Shown here: positions 53,239 to 62,036 of the stretch, piece after piece
Layout of the letters: each line of letters starts with the position of its first letter
Numbering within the stretch: position 1 is the stretch's first letter
IMG/VR virus record: IMGVR_UViG_3300023296_000874
Location: 1-64,000 of that record
Strand: one strand, 5' to 3'
Length of the DNA stretch: 64,000 nt
Program-made: the position numbers and the translations under genes
Notes under the pieces: model-generated
The model's database searches: none
Seen by the model: the letters and a program-made list of their open reading frames with translations, nothing else
Told to the model about the DNA's origin: nothing

Positions 53239-53748
53239 TCAGATGTGTCGCATGGTGTCAGTGTTGCGGCGCTTGGCTTCCGCCTCGTTGAAATCCCGGT
53301 TGCGCCAACTGAACTCGTAGATGCTGAGGCGGCGCTTCTTCTCGTTCTGTCCATCAGGCTGGATGGTCACCGTCTTGTTGGTGATGCCCGTGATGGTGCC
53401 GATGTAGCTGAGGTTGTAGCTGTGGTACTCGGCTCGGTCACCCACATGGAAGGTGCGGCGGTACTCAGCGGCCCCGTCTACGCGGTTGGAGTTGATGCCG
53501 TGTAGGCGGATGAAGGTGTACTCGTCCACGTAGGCGTGATGGCCTTCAGCCACTTCACCCACGATCATCACCCCACCGCTGCGCCGATTCTTGGCCCGCA
53601 CGTTGTAGATCTGGTACAGGCCGAGCTTGCGGCTGACGGTCAACATGCGGTGAGCGGGGTCGGCGCACTCTGCTGCTTCGGTGCGTCCGGCAACCTCGTT
53701 GTCGCGGTCGTCGTCATCATCCATCAGCAGTGCAAGTCGGTCGATCAT
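53239..53748 (-). CDS. hypothetical protein with N-terminal DRLALLMDDD tag and SH3-like domain
   Basis: FHVGDRAEY...IGTITGITNKTVTI; AGGAG SD. Confidence 0.75.
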   Translation of the reverse strand: MIDRLALLMDDDDDRDNEVAGRTEAAECADPAHRMLTVSRKLGLYQIYNVRAKNRRSGGVMIVGEVAEGHHAYVDEYTFIRLHGINSNRVDGAAEYRRTFHVGDRAEYHSYNLSYIGTITGITNKTVTIQPDGQNEKKRRLSIYEFSWRNRDFNEAEAKRRNTDTMRHI

Positions 53749-53769
53749 TGAGCGCTCCTATACTCGGAC

Positions 53770-53797
53770 AACGTAGCGACAGGGGGAGATCTCAGAG
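53770..53797 (-). promoter_or_regulatory. putative phage promoter CTCTGAG-N17-CGTT
   Basis: Motif upstream of ATG 53748. Confidence 0.7.
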
Positions 53798-53813
53798 AGG
53801 AACTCGCCCATTT

Positions 53814-53933
53814 TCACGCCTTGTCGCGGGTCACCTTCTTGTAGATGAGGCGGGCCATGGCTCCTCCGACACCTACGTCCTTGATTGGAGGGGCCTTGAG
53901 CGGCTTGGTGTTGGCGGGGATCTTAGCTGGCAT
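53814..53933 (-). CDS. possible small basic peptide
   Basis: MPAKIPANTKPLKAPP...KKVTRDKA, overlapping upstream stop. Confidence 0.35.
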   Translation of the reverse strand: MPAKIPANTKPLKAPPIKDVGVGGAMARLIYKKVTRDKA

Positions 53934-54357
53934 CTGGGCTCCAAACTGGAAGGAAGCGTGCTTCCTCAAAGGTGTAGTCCCCTTCGACGGGGATGTTGTA
54001 GTTGTGGCTGAAGTGCATGACGTTGATACGTCCACGCTCATCAGCACGTCGGTCGATGTTGGCCTGAGCAGCCTCAGGGTCGTTGGCGAAGTACACCCAC
54101 TCCCACTGGAAGCTCGTCCCTCGCGGGAGCCACTTCATGATGGAGCCGAGTGCCCGGCCACGGTGGAGCGGTCCGATGAGATGTGGGTCGGTGATCACCA
54201 CTCCGACACCTTCAGCGTAGGCGGTCAGAACCTCGGCGCGGACAACTGAGATGGTGCGGGGGTCGTCAATGAGGGTGTAGCCCTGCGTGACGTACTCGCG
54301 CCTTGCCAGTTCTGTCTTGCCGGAGCCCGGTAGGCCCACGATGAAGGTGACGTTCAC
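53923..54357 (-). CDS. small P-loop kinase-like protein
   Basis: FIVGLPGSGKT; GTGA coupling. Confidence 0.75.
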   Translation of the reverse strand: MNVTFIVGLPGSGKTELARREYVTQGYTLIDDPRTISVVRAEVLTAYAEGVGVVITDPHLIGPLHRGRALGSIMKWLPRGTSFQWEWVYFANDPEAAQANIDRRADERGRINVMHFSHNYNIPVEGDYTFEEARFLPVWSPDAS

Positions 54358-55007
54358 TCGATCCACCCCTTGTTCCGGAAGTAGGAGAACAGGTCCTCCA
54401 CCTTGCAGAGCTTGTAGGCGTAGTTGGTGCAGTTGCCGTAGTACTCGTTCTCTTCACGCGTCCCCGTCTTCACTACGGAGTGGAGCAGGCTCTTGTACTG
54501 CAAGAAGCTGAGATCAGGCTTGATCTCCTCAAGCACCTTGTCCAGAGCTACCAACTCTTCGGGCTGGTTGCCGGTGGAGTAGCCGGTCGATTCTGCATCA
54601 TCCCAGCACGAGCCCCCACTCATGCCTCCGGTCTCCCATTCACAGAACAGGTACGCATCCTTCGTGGTCTTGGTCGCCTTGCGTCCATAGCCGTAGGATG
54701 CCCGGAAGGTGGGGTCCTGCTCACGGAAGCCGTTGCCCCAGTTGCCGACACTGATGTCAGCCTCCTCGCAGATCCGCTTCACACGGGTCACGAACACAGC
54801 GAGTGGGGACATGCTCCGGGTACTGACGTCCAGCCAGCCTTCGGAGACGCAGTAGTCCCTACCCTGTTCGGTCAGGACGCCGTCGTCGGTGATGAGGCAC
54901 TTGCGAACGAGCGCGTCCTTGGTCGCCTTGGGAGCGTCGAAAACGTCTCCCTCACACAACCGTCGCAGGATGCGGTCTTGTGCGTCTGTGGTCTTGATTC
55001 GCGGCAT
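54354..55007 (-). CDS. hypothetical protein
   Basis: 217-aa ORF, GGAGG SD. Confidence 0.75.
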   Translation of the reverse strand: MPRIKTTDAQDRILRRLCEGDVFDAPKATKDALVRKCLITDDGVLTEQGRDYCVSEGWLDVSTRSMSPLAVFVTRVKRICEEADISVGNWGNGFREQDPTFRASYGYGRKATKTTKDAYLFCEWETGGMSGGSCWDDAESTGYSTGNQPEELVALDKVLEEIKPDLSFLQYKSLLHSVVKTGTREENEYYGNCTNYAYKLCKVEDLFSYFRNKGWIE

Positions 55008-55028
55008 AGTGTCCTCCAGAGTCCTTCC

Positions 55029-55055
55029 AACACTTTTCGTCCTTGGAAGTTAGAG
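55029..55055 (-). promoter_or_regulatory. putative phage promoter variant CTCTAAC-N16-TGTT
   Basis: Variant of motif; CTTCCAA/TTGGAAG inverted repeat. Confidence 0.55.
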
Positions 55056-55064
55056 GGCTTCCAA

Positions 55065-55442
55065 TCAGATGAGTCCGGCCTTCACGGTCGCTACGGGAAA
55101 CTTGTACTTGCCGCCGCGCGGCCCAGTAGCACTCACCGGGTACTTGTAGCGGGTGAGCTTGAAGCCGGTCACCGTGTAGGTGGTCGGCCCCGATTTGAAC
55201 GTCCGGCCCATGAGGTCCTCGGGGAGGCCAAAGCCACGGCACGCGCTCAGGAAGGCTGCGCTAACGGCGGGCTTCCCATCATCACCGTTCACGGCGATGG
55301 TTTCGATGCGGAACTTGGCAGTGAGGCTGTCGAGGCCCAAGCTGCCACCGTCCGAAGTGATCGTCACCCCATGCTTGCGAGCAACCTCGGCGCAGGCGGC
55401 TTCCATATCTGCGGTGATCATGCGGGCGATTGCTCTGTTCAT
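55065..55442 (-). CDS. hypothetical protein
   Basis: 125-aa ORF, ACGGAG SD. Confidence 0.75.
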   Translation of the reverse strand: MNRAIARMITADMEAACAEVARKHGVTITSDGGSLGLDSLTAKFRIETIAVNGDDGKPAVSAAFLSACRGFGLPEDLMGRTFKSGPTTYTVTGFKLTRYKYPVSATGPRGGKYKFPVATVKAGLI

Positions 55443-55477
55443 GTGGTGCTCCGTGCGTGGTTGCTTGCTACATACCT

Positions 55478-55505
55478 AACGCCCGCTGCCCCCACGAACT
55501 CAGAG
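55478..55505 (-). promoter_or_regulatory. putative phage promoter CTCTGAG-N17-CGTT
   Basis: Motif upstream of ATG 55442. Confidence 0.7.
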
Positions 55506-55511
55506 AGGACT

Positions 55512-55724
55512 CTAAGCCGAGCCGTACTTGTACGACTTGAACATCTGGTACTCGGTGTCCTCAATGAAGCCAAGCGCCCCGAGGGCCTTCTTGTCCTCGT
55601 CACTCACCGAGTCGTACTCCACGCCCACCTGCATCACGTCGTGTTCACAGTGAGTGGGCCACTTCGTGTCGGTGTACTTCCCAAAGATGGTGAAGGCAGC
55701 GATCAGTTCTTCGCATCCGGTCAT
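55512..55724 (-). CDS. small hypothetical protein
   Basis: ATGA coupling; PTHCEHD motif. Confidence 0.7.
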   Translation of the reverse strand: MTGCEELIAAFTIFGKYTDTKWPTHCEHDVMQVGVEYDSVSDEDKKALGALGFIEDTEYQMFKSYKYGSA

Positions 55725-56542
55725 GGCGAGATCTCCTCAGTCACTCGGTTCACCTCTGCTACGAGCAGGTCAGTGTCACAGGCGTAGAGGCCTGCGGAGC
55801 TGAAGCTGCCCACTTCGAGGATGTGGTAGTTGCCCGCCTTGGTCTGACACATGTCGAGCACCCAAACGTGGTCAGGCTCGTACTTCTGCTCCAAGCAGTA
55901 GTCCACGAACTCCTGGCCACGTCGTAGGGCGTCAGCCGTGGCAAGCTCGCGGGGGTGGTTGTACCCGCGTCGATACAGAGAGCCGGTGACAACGCGCCCC
56001 TGGGCCACGAAGAAACGCCACTCCACCTCTACGTTGATGGGTCGAGCGACAACCACCATCGTTTCGGGCTTCACCACGTCGTCGTAGAAGCCCATCAGCT
56101 CGATGTCCCTGTCCCACGTCTCCCTCTTCAACAACTGTCCGCTGAAGAGCTTCCGGTTGCTGTCAGGGCGCACGAACAGGCACCCGTCCTCGCCCAACGC
56201 GGCGAAGAGCATCTCCTTGTGTGCAGTCAGGAGGCCGAACGGCATGAAGATGTGGTCGCGGTTGAGCAGACGGTCCCTGATGCGCGGGTAGTAGAAGGAG
56301 CACATGAGCTGGTCGGCGTTCTCGTAGACCGTCCATCCTTGCTCCCGCGCCATTTCCACTGCCTGAAGAGAGCCGTGGAACACCATCGGGTAGACGCCGT
56401 TCGTGGCGGCGAGCATCTCGAACCCTCCGTCCATCGGCATGAACTTGGGAGCGTAAACACTCCACCCCAATGCCTCAGCGGAGGCAGCGAGCTTGCTCTC
56501 GTACTCAGGCTCGATGCCCGTTTCGATCACCCAACCGGGCAT
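55721..56542 (-). CDS. ATP-grasp domain protein (DUF4343/R2K-like)
   Basis: FVRPDSNRKLFSG, EWRFFV, VLDMC, ILEVGSFSSAGLY. Confidence 0.8.
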   Translation of the reverse strand: MPGWVIETGIEPEYESKLAASAEALGWSVYAPKFMPMDGGFEMLAATNGVYPMVFHGSLQAVEMAREQGWTVYENADQLMCSFYYPRIRDRLLNRDHIFMPFGLLTAHKEMLFAALGEDGCLFVRPDSNRKLFSGQLLKRETWDRDIELMGFYDDVVKPETMVVVARPINVEVEWRFFVAQGRVVTGSLYRRGYNHPRELATADALRRGQEFVDYCLEQKYEPDHVWVLDMCQTKAGNYHILEVGSFSSAGLYACDTDLLVAEVNRVTEEISP

Positions 56543-56560
56543 GTAAGACTCCGTAGTAGT

Positions 56561-56593
56561 TTCTCGCCCTCAAACGGCGGCAGAGGGCGAGAA
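56561..56593. terminator. perfect 11-bp stem-loop (terminator-like or processing hairpin)
   Basis: TTCTCGCCCTC-N11-GAGGGCGAGAA between 56600 stop and 56542 start; no clear U-tract. Confidence 0.4.
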
Positions 56594-56599
56594 GTGCAA

Positions 56600-58813
56600 T
56601 CAGCTCTTGAACATGTCGTAGCTCATGTTCTTATCTACATCGCTCAGGAAGTGAGTGATGGCCGTCTCCACGGAGTCCCACTCAAGCGCTGCACCTTGAC
56701 GCCCTTCGAGGTTCGCCTGAATGTACTCAGCCGCCTCCTTGAAGGAGCTCGCCTCGATGAGGGCCAGTGCCTCCCTGAAGGCGCTCACTGTGATGAACTC
56801 CAGCCGTCCGGCTTGCATCAGGATGTCGCTGATGCCGATGTGGCGGTACTCCTGACCCCGCTTCTTGGAGTACTCGGGGAGCAGGTTCGGGTCGGCGAAG
56901 TACCACTCAAAAGAGCCTGGGTTCTCGTACAGCAGCACCTCGTCGGGTCGGGAGGGGTCGTCGAGCTGGTAGTTCAGCACCCAAGTCATCCAGCACCCGC
57001 CGTTCATCCACCGGTCGAAGGCCACGTCCATCACGGGGACGTCAGGGTTGCGCTCGCGGAGCCTCAGGTACGTCACGGCTGCCAGGAACATCCGCTTGCG
57101 CACGGGAGCTACCCAGCGTGCCGTGGGCTTGACACCCTCGTCGTTCTTGTCCCACTCGTAGCCCTCGCTCTCACGGGGGGTGACGCCGTAGCTCAGAATC
57201 GATTGGAGCACGTTGTAGCTGAGGCGGATCCAGTCCGGGTGGAGCTTGTCGCCCGCTGTGCCGAACCTCATCGAAGTCCTGAGTCCGGCAGCGATTGTGG
57301 GCATACAGAAGCCCGCACTGTCGCAGGTGCTCCAATGGCTCTGCTGGAAGAGGAACTGAGGGATCTCGTACTCGGGGAGGTCGAACTCGGGTGCTTCGTA
57401 CCGAGGCTGTCCGGTCTCGTGCCAATCGTCCTCGCGGGAGTTGAGGATGCGGTCCGCCGAGTAGGCAAGGCTCTGAGCCTTGGCGTCGTCGTCCATGGCA
57501 TTCCACTTCGCCAGGATCTCCTCGCGGGGCTTGTCGCGGAAGCTGTACCCGTTGAAGAACGCGGCCACAAGCACCTTCTCGGGCGGTGCCTCGAGTCCTG
57601 CTTCGCGGGTCACATAGTCGGTCAACTCGTCCGGGGCACGCACCCACTCGAAGGTCGCGTACTCGGTGGTGTCGTCGTCACGGGCGTTGTTGTGAACGAA
57701 CTTGTAGACGCCTGGCTTCACGTCCACGACGCTCACGGTCCACCCGTCGAGCTCTTCCTTCACACGCCTCGCTGAATCCTCGCCAAACACGAACGCGCTG
57801 CGCCGGATGTACTCGTCGTAGTCCACGATGCTGTACCACCACAGGTCCGTACAGATGGAAGCCACATCCTCGCCCATGGCCTCTACGGCAGCTTCGTACT
57901 CGCCTTCAGCCCACTCCACGTTCTCGTACTTGTACTCGTCACCTTCTTTGCCGAGGTACGTGCTGCTCTTGTACTCCTCGGGCACGCCTCCGGAGATGGT
58001 GTAGTGCTCTGCGTCCCTGCGGTACACGCTGGGGCAGGAGTTGCCGACGCTTGCGTGGCTCATGCCTACACGGCTGTAGGCCAGGGCGGTCTCGTGCTGT
58101 CCGAGGATCATGTTCACGGAGCTGACGGACTCGCTCATGGGGAACACGTCCCGCAGGTCGTTGGCGACAACGAGCTTGCCGCTTGGGACGTTGAGTTCCC
58201 AGGTGGTCGTGGGCAGTCCCTCGGGGTACTTGCAGGGAGCGCCCACTACCTTCCAGGTGCCGTCGAAGGACACCTTGTAGCCTTTGCCGCAGTAGGTGCA
58301 TTCGCTCGACATGCCGATGCGGATGATCTCAGGCTCGAGGGTCCACTCTCCGGTGTCGATGAAGTGCTGGTAGGCTACTGCCTGCTCCTTGGTGATCACC
58401 CGGAACCGGAAGTCCTCCTTGAGGCCACGGTCCAGCCAGAACTCCTTGCTGTAGGAGGAGATTGGCAGAGCCGTTCCGGAACCCCAGTGACCATTCCAGT
58501 CCTTGCACTCCAGCAGGGATGGCATCTTCTCCATCAGTGCTGCGCTCAGCGTCAAAGCCTCCGCGAAGTCGAGGAGCGGGCTGTCACCGCGCGCCTCCTT
58601 CTCCGCTTCACGCTTGGCTGCTCGAGCGATGCCGTCAGGGCTTTCCTTCTCTTTCTCAAGCCACGAACGTCGGTCGGTGGCAAGGGCGGGACGCACGAAA
58701 CGGTCGTGGGGGAAACTCTCCCCATTGACTACAATCATGCCATCGACCACCGCCTCAACGAGCACGTCGCACTTGAGGAGTAGGTCGTAGGCGGTTTCAC
58801 CGGATCTAAGCAA
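56600..58813 (-). CDS. large hypothetical protein (737 aa)
   Basis: Long ORF, TTG after GAGGTGA; one CxxC...C motif; no family recognised. Confidence 0.85.
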   Translation of the reverse strand: MLRSGETAYDLLLKCDVLVEAVVDGMIVVNGESFPHDRFVRPALATDRRSWLEKEKESPDGIARAAKREAEKEARGDSPLLDFAEALTLSAALMEKMPSLLECKDWNGHWGSGTALPISSYSKEFWLDRGLKEDFRFRVITKEQAVAYQHFIDTGEWTLEPEIIRIGMSSECTYCGKGYKVSFDGTWKVVGAPCKYPEGLPTTTWELNVPSGKLVVANDLRDVFPMSESVSSVNMILGQHETALAYSRVGMSHASVGNSCPSVYRRDAEHYTISGGVPEEYKSSTYLGKEGDEYKYENVEWAEGEYEAAVEAMGEDVASICTDLWWYSIVDYDEYIRRSAFVFGEDSARRVKEELDGWTVSVVDVKPGVYKFVHNNARDDDTTEYATFEWVRAPDELTDYVTREAGLEAPPEKVLVAAFFNGYSFRDKPREEILAKWNAMDDDAKAQSLAYSADRILNSREDDWHETGQPRYEAPEFDLPEYEIPQFLFQQSHWSTCDSAGFCMPTIAAGLRTSMRFGTAGDKLHPDWIRLSYNVLQSILSYGVTPRESEGYEWDKNDEGVKPTARWVAPVRKRMFLAAVTYLRLRERNPDVPVMDVAFDRWMNGGCWMTWVLNYQLDDPSRPDEVLLYENPGSFEWYFADPNLLPEYSKKRGQEYRHIGISDILMQAGRLEFITVSAFREALALIEASSFKEAAEYIQANLEGRQGAALEWDSVETAITHFLSDVDKNMSYDMFKS

Positions 58814-58816
58814 TGG

Positions 58817-60310
58817 TCACCTCATTGTCGGGAACAGAATCACGTCCCGAATTGATTGTGTGTCTGTCAACAGCATCACGAGCCGGTCGATGCCAATCCC
58901 CTCACCGGAGGTGGGAGGCATACCGAAGCTCAACGCGTCGATGTAGTCCTGGTCGAAGTACATGGCTTCATCGTCCCCGCGTGCCTTGGCAGCAGCCTGG
59001 GCCTGGAAACGAGCAGCCTGCTCAACGGGGTCGTTCAGCTCTTGGAAGCCGTTGGCGATTTCCATACCGGCGATGTAGAGCTCGAAGCGGTCTGCTACCT
59101 CTGGGTCATCAGCAGATGCTCGAGAGAGTGGGCTGATGTCCAAGGGGAATCCGGTCACGAAGGTCGGCTGGATCAGCTTGTCCTCAACGTACTCGTCGAA
59201 GTAGAGCTGGAACCACCGCCCGATGGTCCGGGGGAGCTTGGTAGCGTCCGGGTGGTCCTGTACCCACCTCGAGCGCATCTCGGGCATGGAGAAGGGGTCG
59301 TTGATGCCCGCGTGCTCCATGATCAGGTCGGCCATGCTCACGCGCCTGAAGGTGGTCAGGTCAAGCTCGTGCCCGTCGTAGGTGCAGACGTCCATCGGAA
59401 GGAACTCGCCAACCCGGCAGGCTTCCTCGTAGATGACGCGGTTGTTGGCACCACGGATGATGGCTTCGGTGGTGTCCATCAGGTCAGCCGGTGTGGCGTG
59501 GGCCTGATAGAACTCCAGCATGGTGAACTCGGGGTTGTGCGTCCCGTCCACTCCCTCGTTCCGGAAGTTGCGGTTCAGCTCGAACACTCGCTCGTAGCCA
59601 CCCACGATGAGCCTCTTGAGGTAGAGCTCAGGGGCGATGCGTAGGTAGAGGTCCTTGTCGAGAGCGTTGTGGTGCGTCACGAATGGTCGTGCGTTCGCAC
59701 CGCCTGGGAGCGTCTGCATCATCGGCGTCTCCACCTCCATGAACCGATGGTCTTCAAAGTACCTCCGGATGTAGGATACGATGGTGCTGCGCGCACGGAA
59801 CCGGTCGCGAGTGTCTTGGCTCACGATGAGGTCGAGGTACCGCTGACGGCGCTGCTGCTCCACGTCGGTGAACCCCGCGTGCTTGTCCGGCAGGCTCTTG
59901 ATGCACTTGGAGTAGAGCGCAAGGCTGTCCACCTTGAGGCTCAGGTCACCGCGTCGGGTACGGATGAGCTGCGCTTCTGCGTACACCCAGTCGCCGATGT
60001 CCAACTTCTTCCACACGTCGGCGTACATGACGGGGCCGATGCCCGCACGGCGCACGAACAACTGCATCCGGCTTTCGCCATCCTCGATGAAGGCGAAGCC
60101 AATCTTGCCCATCTCGTTCTTCTGGACGATGCGTCCGGCCACACGGTAGACGGTGGTCTGCGCCTCCAACTCCTCCGCGCTCAGATCAGCACCGATGCGC
60201 AAGATCTCGAGCAGCCGGTGGCTGAGGTCCTTGGAGACGGGATAGGGATCTACGCCTTCAGCGCGTAGTGCGTCCAACTTTTCCAGCCGTGCTGGTTCAA
60301 ATTCGCTCAC
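58817..60310 (-). CDS. lysS: class II lysine--tRNA ligase
   Basis: N-terminal OB anticodon-binding domain; YLRIAPELYLKRL, FRNEG...HNPEFTMLEFY, GMPPTSGEGIGIDRLVMLLT. Confidence 0.95.
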   Translation of the reverse strand: MSEFEPARLEKLDALRAEGVDPYPVSKDLSHRLLEILRIGADLSAEELEAQTTVYRVAGRIVQKNEMGKIGFAFIEDGESRMQLFVRRAGIGPVMYADVWKKLDIGDWVYAEAQLIRTRRGDLSLKVDSLALYSKCIKSLPDKHAGFTDVEQQRRQRYLDLIVSQDTRDRFRARSTIVSYIRRYFEDHRFMEVETPMMQTLPGGANARPFVTHHNALDKDLYLRIAPELYLKRLIVGGYERVFELNRNFRNEGVDGTHNPEFTMLEFYQAHATPADLMDTTEAIIRGANNRVIYEEACRVGEFLPMDVCTYDGHELDLTTFRRVSMADLIMEHAGINDPFSMPEMRSRWVQDHPDATKLPRTIGRWFQLYFDEYVEDKLIQPTFVTGFPLDISPLSRASADDPEVADRFELYIAGMEIANGFQELNDPVEQAARFQAQAAAKARGDDEAMYFDQDYIDALSFGMPPTSGEGIGIDRLVMLLTDTQSIRDVILFPTMR

Positions 60311-60436
60311 GGAGCCCTCCGTAGGTCTGCATTACCCCTGGGACGGGGACAGAGTGTTATTCGTGCGAACCCTATCTCAGTCGAGCAGTAGACTGATCAC
60401 AGTAGTCTCTTCGCCATTCGAGTGTGATGTGTGGCA

Positions 60437-62008
60437 TTAGGCTGCCGCAGCCACCGCTTCCGCGCGGGCTCGGGTACACGTCTCGATCAAGCTCAGGGTG
60501 ATGCCGTCCACGGCGGGTCGGTGTTCGAAGCCGTCACGTCGCGCCGAGTCACCGGGTCCGTACACACGCCAGCCCTTCGGGAGGTTGCCGTACTGACACA
60601 CCATCGTAGCGGGTCCGTGTGAGGGGTGAGCAGCGTTCTCGCGCACGGCGAGTACCGGGATGCCGGGGAGGCTCTGCTTCCCGCTCCAACCCTCTTCCAG
60701 CTCATCGCCGAACTTCATGGTCGGTCCGTACTTGGACGTCCAGGCGAGCTTGTAAACCATGCTCACCAAGCCACGTCGGTAGCCGGTGGGCTCCGGGCGG
60801 TCGATGAAGTAGCCGCCCGCGCCAAACAGCGTCACCTCTTCGGGGTAGTCAACCTCGATGCGGAGCGCCTCGTACCGTGCAACGTCCTTGTCGTCGATGC
60901 CGTCTTCAAATACCCACGGGCGGGGTCGGATGCCGCGTGCCTTGATCTCGCTCACGATGTAGCGGAACTGCTCCTCAAGGGAGCCGCTGTCGGGTCGCAT
61001 CCCGTCGTTCCGGTCCGGAAACTCTTCCATGAGCTTCAGGGCGGTCGGGATGCCCACCTTCATCGTGTCGTTGGTGTCGAGCAGCATGATCACGAGGGGC
61101 ATTGCGGCGATGTGTGCGCGGAAGGCGCGTTCGTCGTTGCCACCGTGGCGCATGATGCCCTCATGGCCCAGCGTGCCAACTGCCTTGATGTCCAGCACGT
61201 AGGCACCGTAGGCGTTGGAGGTCAGCGTGAAGCCGAGGTCCTTCAGAGCCTTGAGCGCGATGAGGTGCTGCTCCATGCAGGTTGCGGCGCGGAGGCCAAC
61301 CTCGAAGATGCGGTTCGGGCTCACGCCGGAGGCCAGCATCTTGATGCCCTGCAACTGCACCGCGTTGTAGTAGCTGAGCTCGTCCACGGTGATGCCGTTT
61401 TCGATGTCCCGCAGCTCCTGTCGGAAGTCGGCATCGCCGAAGTCCCTGCCCTTGTGGGCACCGAGGATCGCCTCCATGGTGAGCTCCTTCTGGCGCTCAC
61501 AGGTCACGGTGCGGATGGTCTCGAGGAAGGCGGGCATCGTGTCGCCCTCGCGGGCCTTGATGTAGGCGGTCGCTACCTGCATCTGGTAGCTGAAGCGTCC
61601 CGAAACCAACGGCTCGAGCCAGCTTGCGATGGCCTGAGGAGCTCGCACGGTAGCCACGGGCTCACGGGGAGCAGCGTACTCGCCAAAGGGTGTCGCGTAG
61701 AGCACCTCAAGGCTGGAGCCGTCCACGGAGTCCCACAGCATCTTCTCGGTCACGTTGAAGCCGAAGTGCTGCAGTAGCGCGCACTCTTCCTTCACGGTCG
61801 CTGAGGTGGGGTTGGGGATCATCTCGCGGATCGCCGTCTCGGGATCCACAGGCATGAACATGAGCCCGCCGCGTCGGAAGCTCAGATAGAACACTTCCTT
61901 CTCTTCGGGGCGTCCGCCAGCCATCATGGGCCACTTGTAGCCGTCCGATCCGAGGGTGCTTTCGCGCCAGGATCGCTTGCCTGCAAGTAGTTGTCGTAGA
62001 ATGCTCAT
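60437..62008 (-). CDS. nicotinate/nicotinamide phosphoribosyltransferase family protein
   Basis: SDGYK, GTLGHE, LLDT, RPDSG, FEDG, FGAGG, VYKL. Confidence 0.8.
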   Translation of the reverse strand: MSILRQLLAGKRSWRESTLGSDGYKWPMMAGGRPEEKEVFYLSFRRGGLMFMPVDPETAIREMIPNPTSATVKEECALLQHFGFNVTEKMLWDSVDGSSLEVLYATPFGEYAAPREPVATVRAPQAIASWLEPLVSGRFSYQMQVATAYIKAREGDTMPAFLETIRTVTCERQKELTMEAILGAHKGRDFGDADFRQELRDIENGITVDELSYYNAVQLQGIKMLASGVSPNRIFEVGLRAATCMEQHLIALKALKDLGFTLTSNAYGAYVLDIKAVGTLGHEGIMRHGGNDERAFRAHIAAMPLVIMLLDTNDTMKVGIPTALKLMEEFPDRNDGMRPDSGSLEEQFRYIVSEIKARGIRPRPWVFEDGIDDKDVARYEALRIEVDYPEEVTLFGAGGYFIDRPEPTGYRRGLVSMVYKLAWTSKYGPTMKFGDELEEGWSGKQSLPGIPVLAVRENAAHPSHGPATMVCQYGNLPKGWRVYGPGDSARRDGFEHRPAVDGITLSLIETCTRARAEAVAAAA

Positions 62009-62036
62009 AATTCCTCGGGTGTCCAGTTACTCCATC

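Noticed and set aside
55955-57775. 606-aa plus-strand ORF
   Set aside because: Antisense shadow of the ATP-grasp gene and 56600..58813
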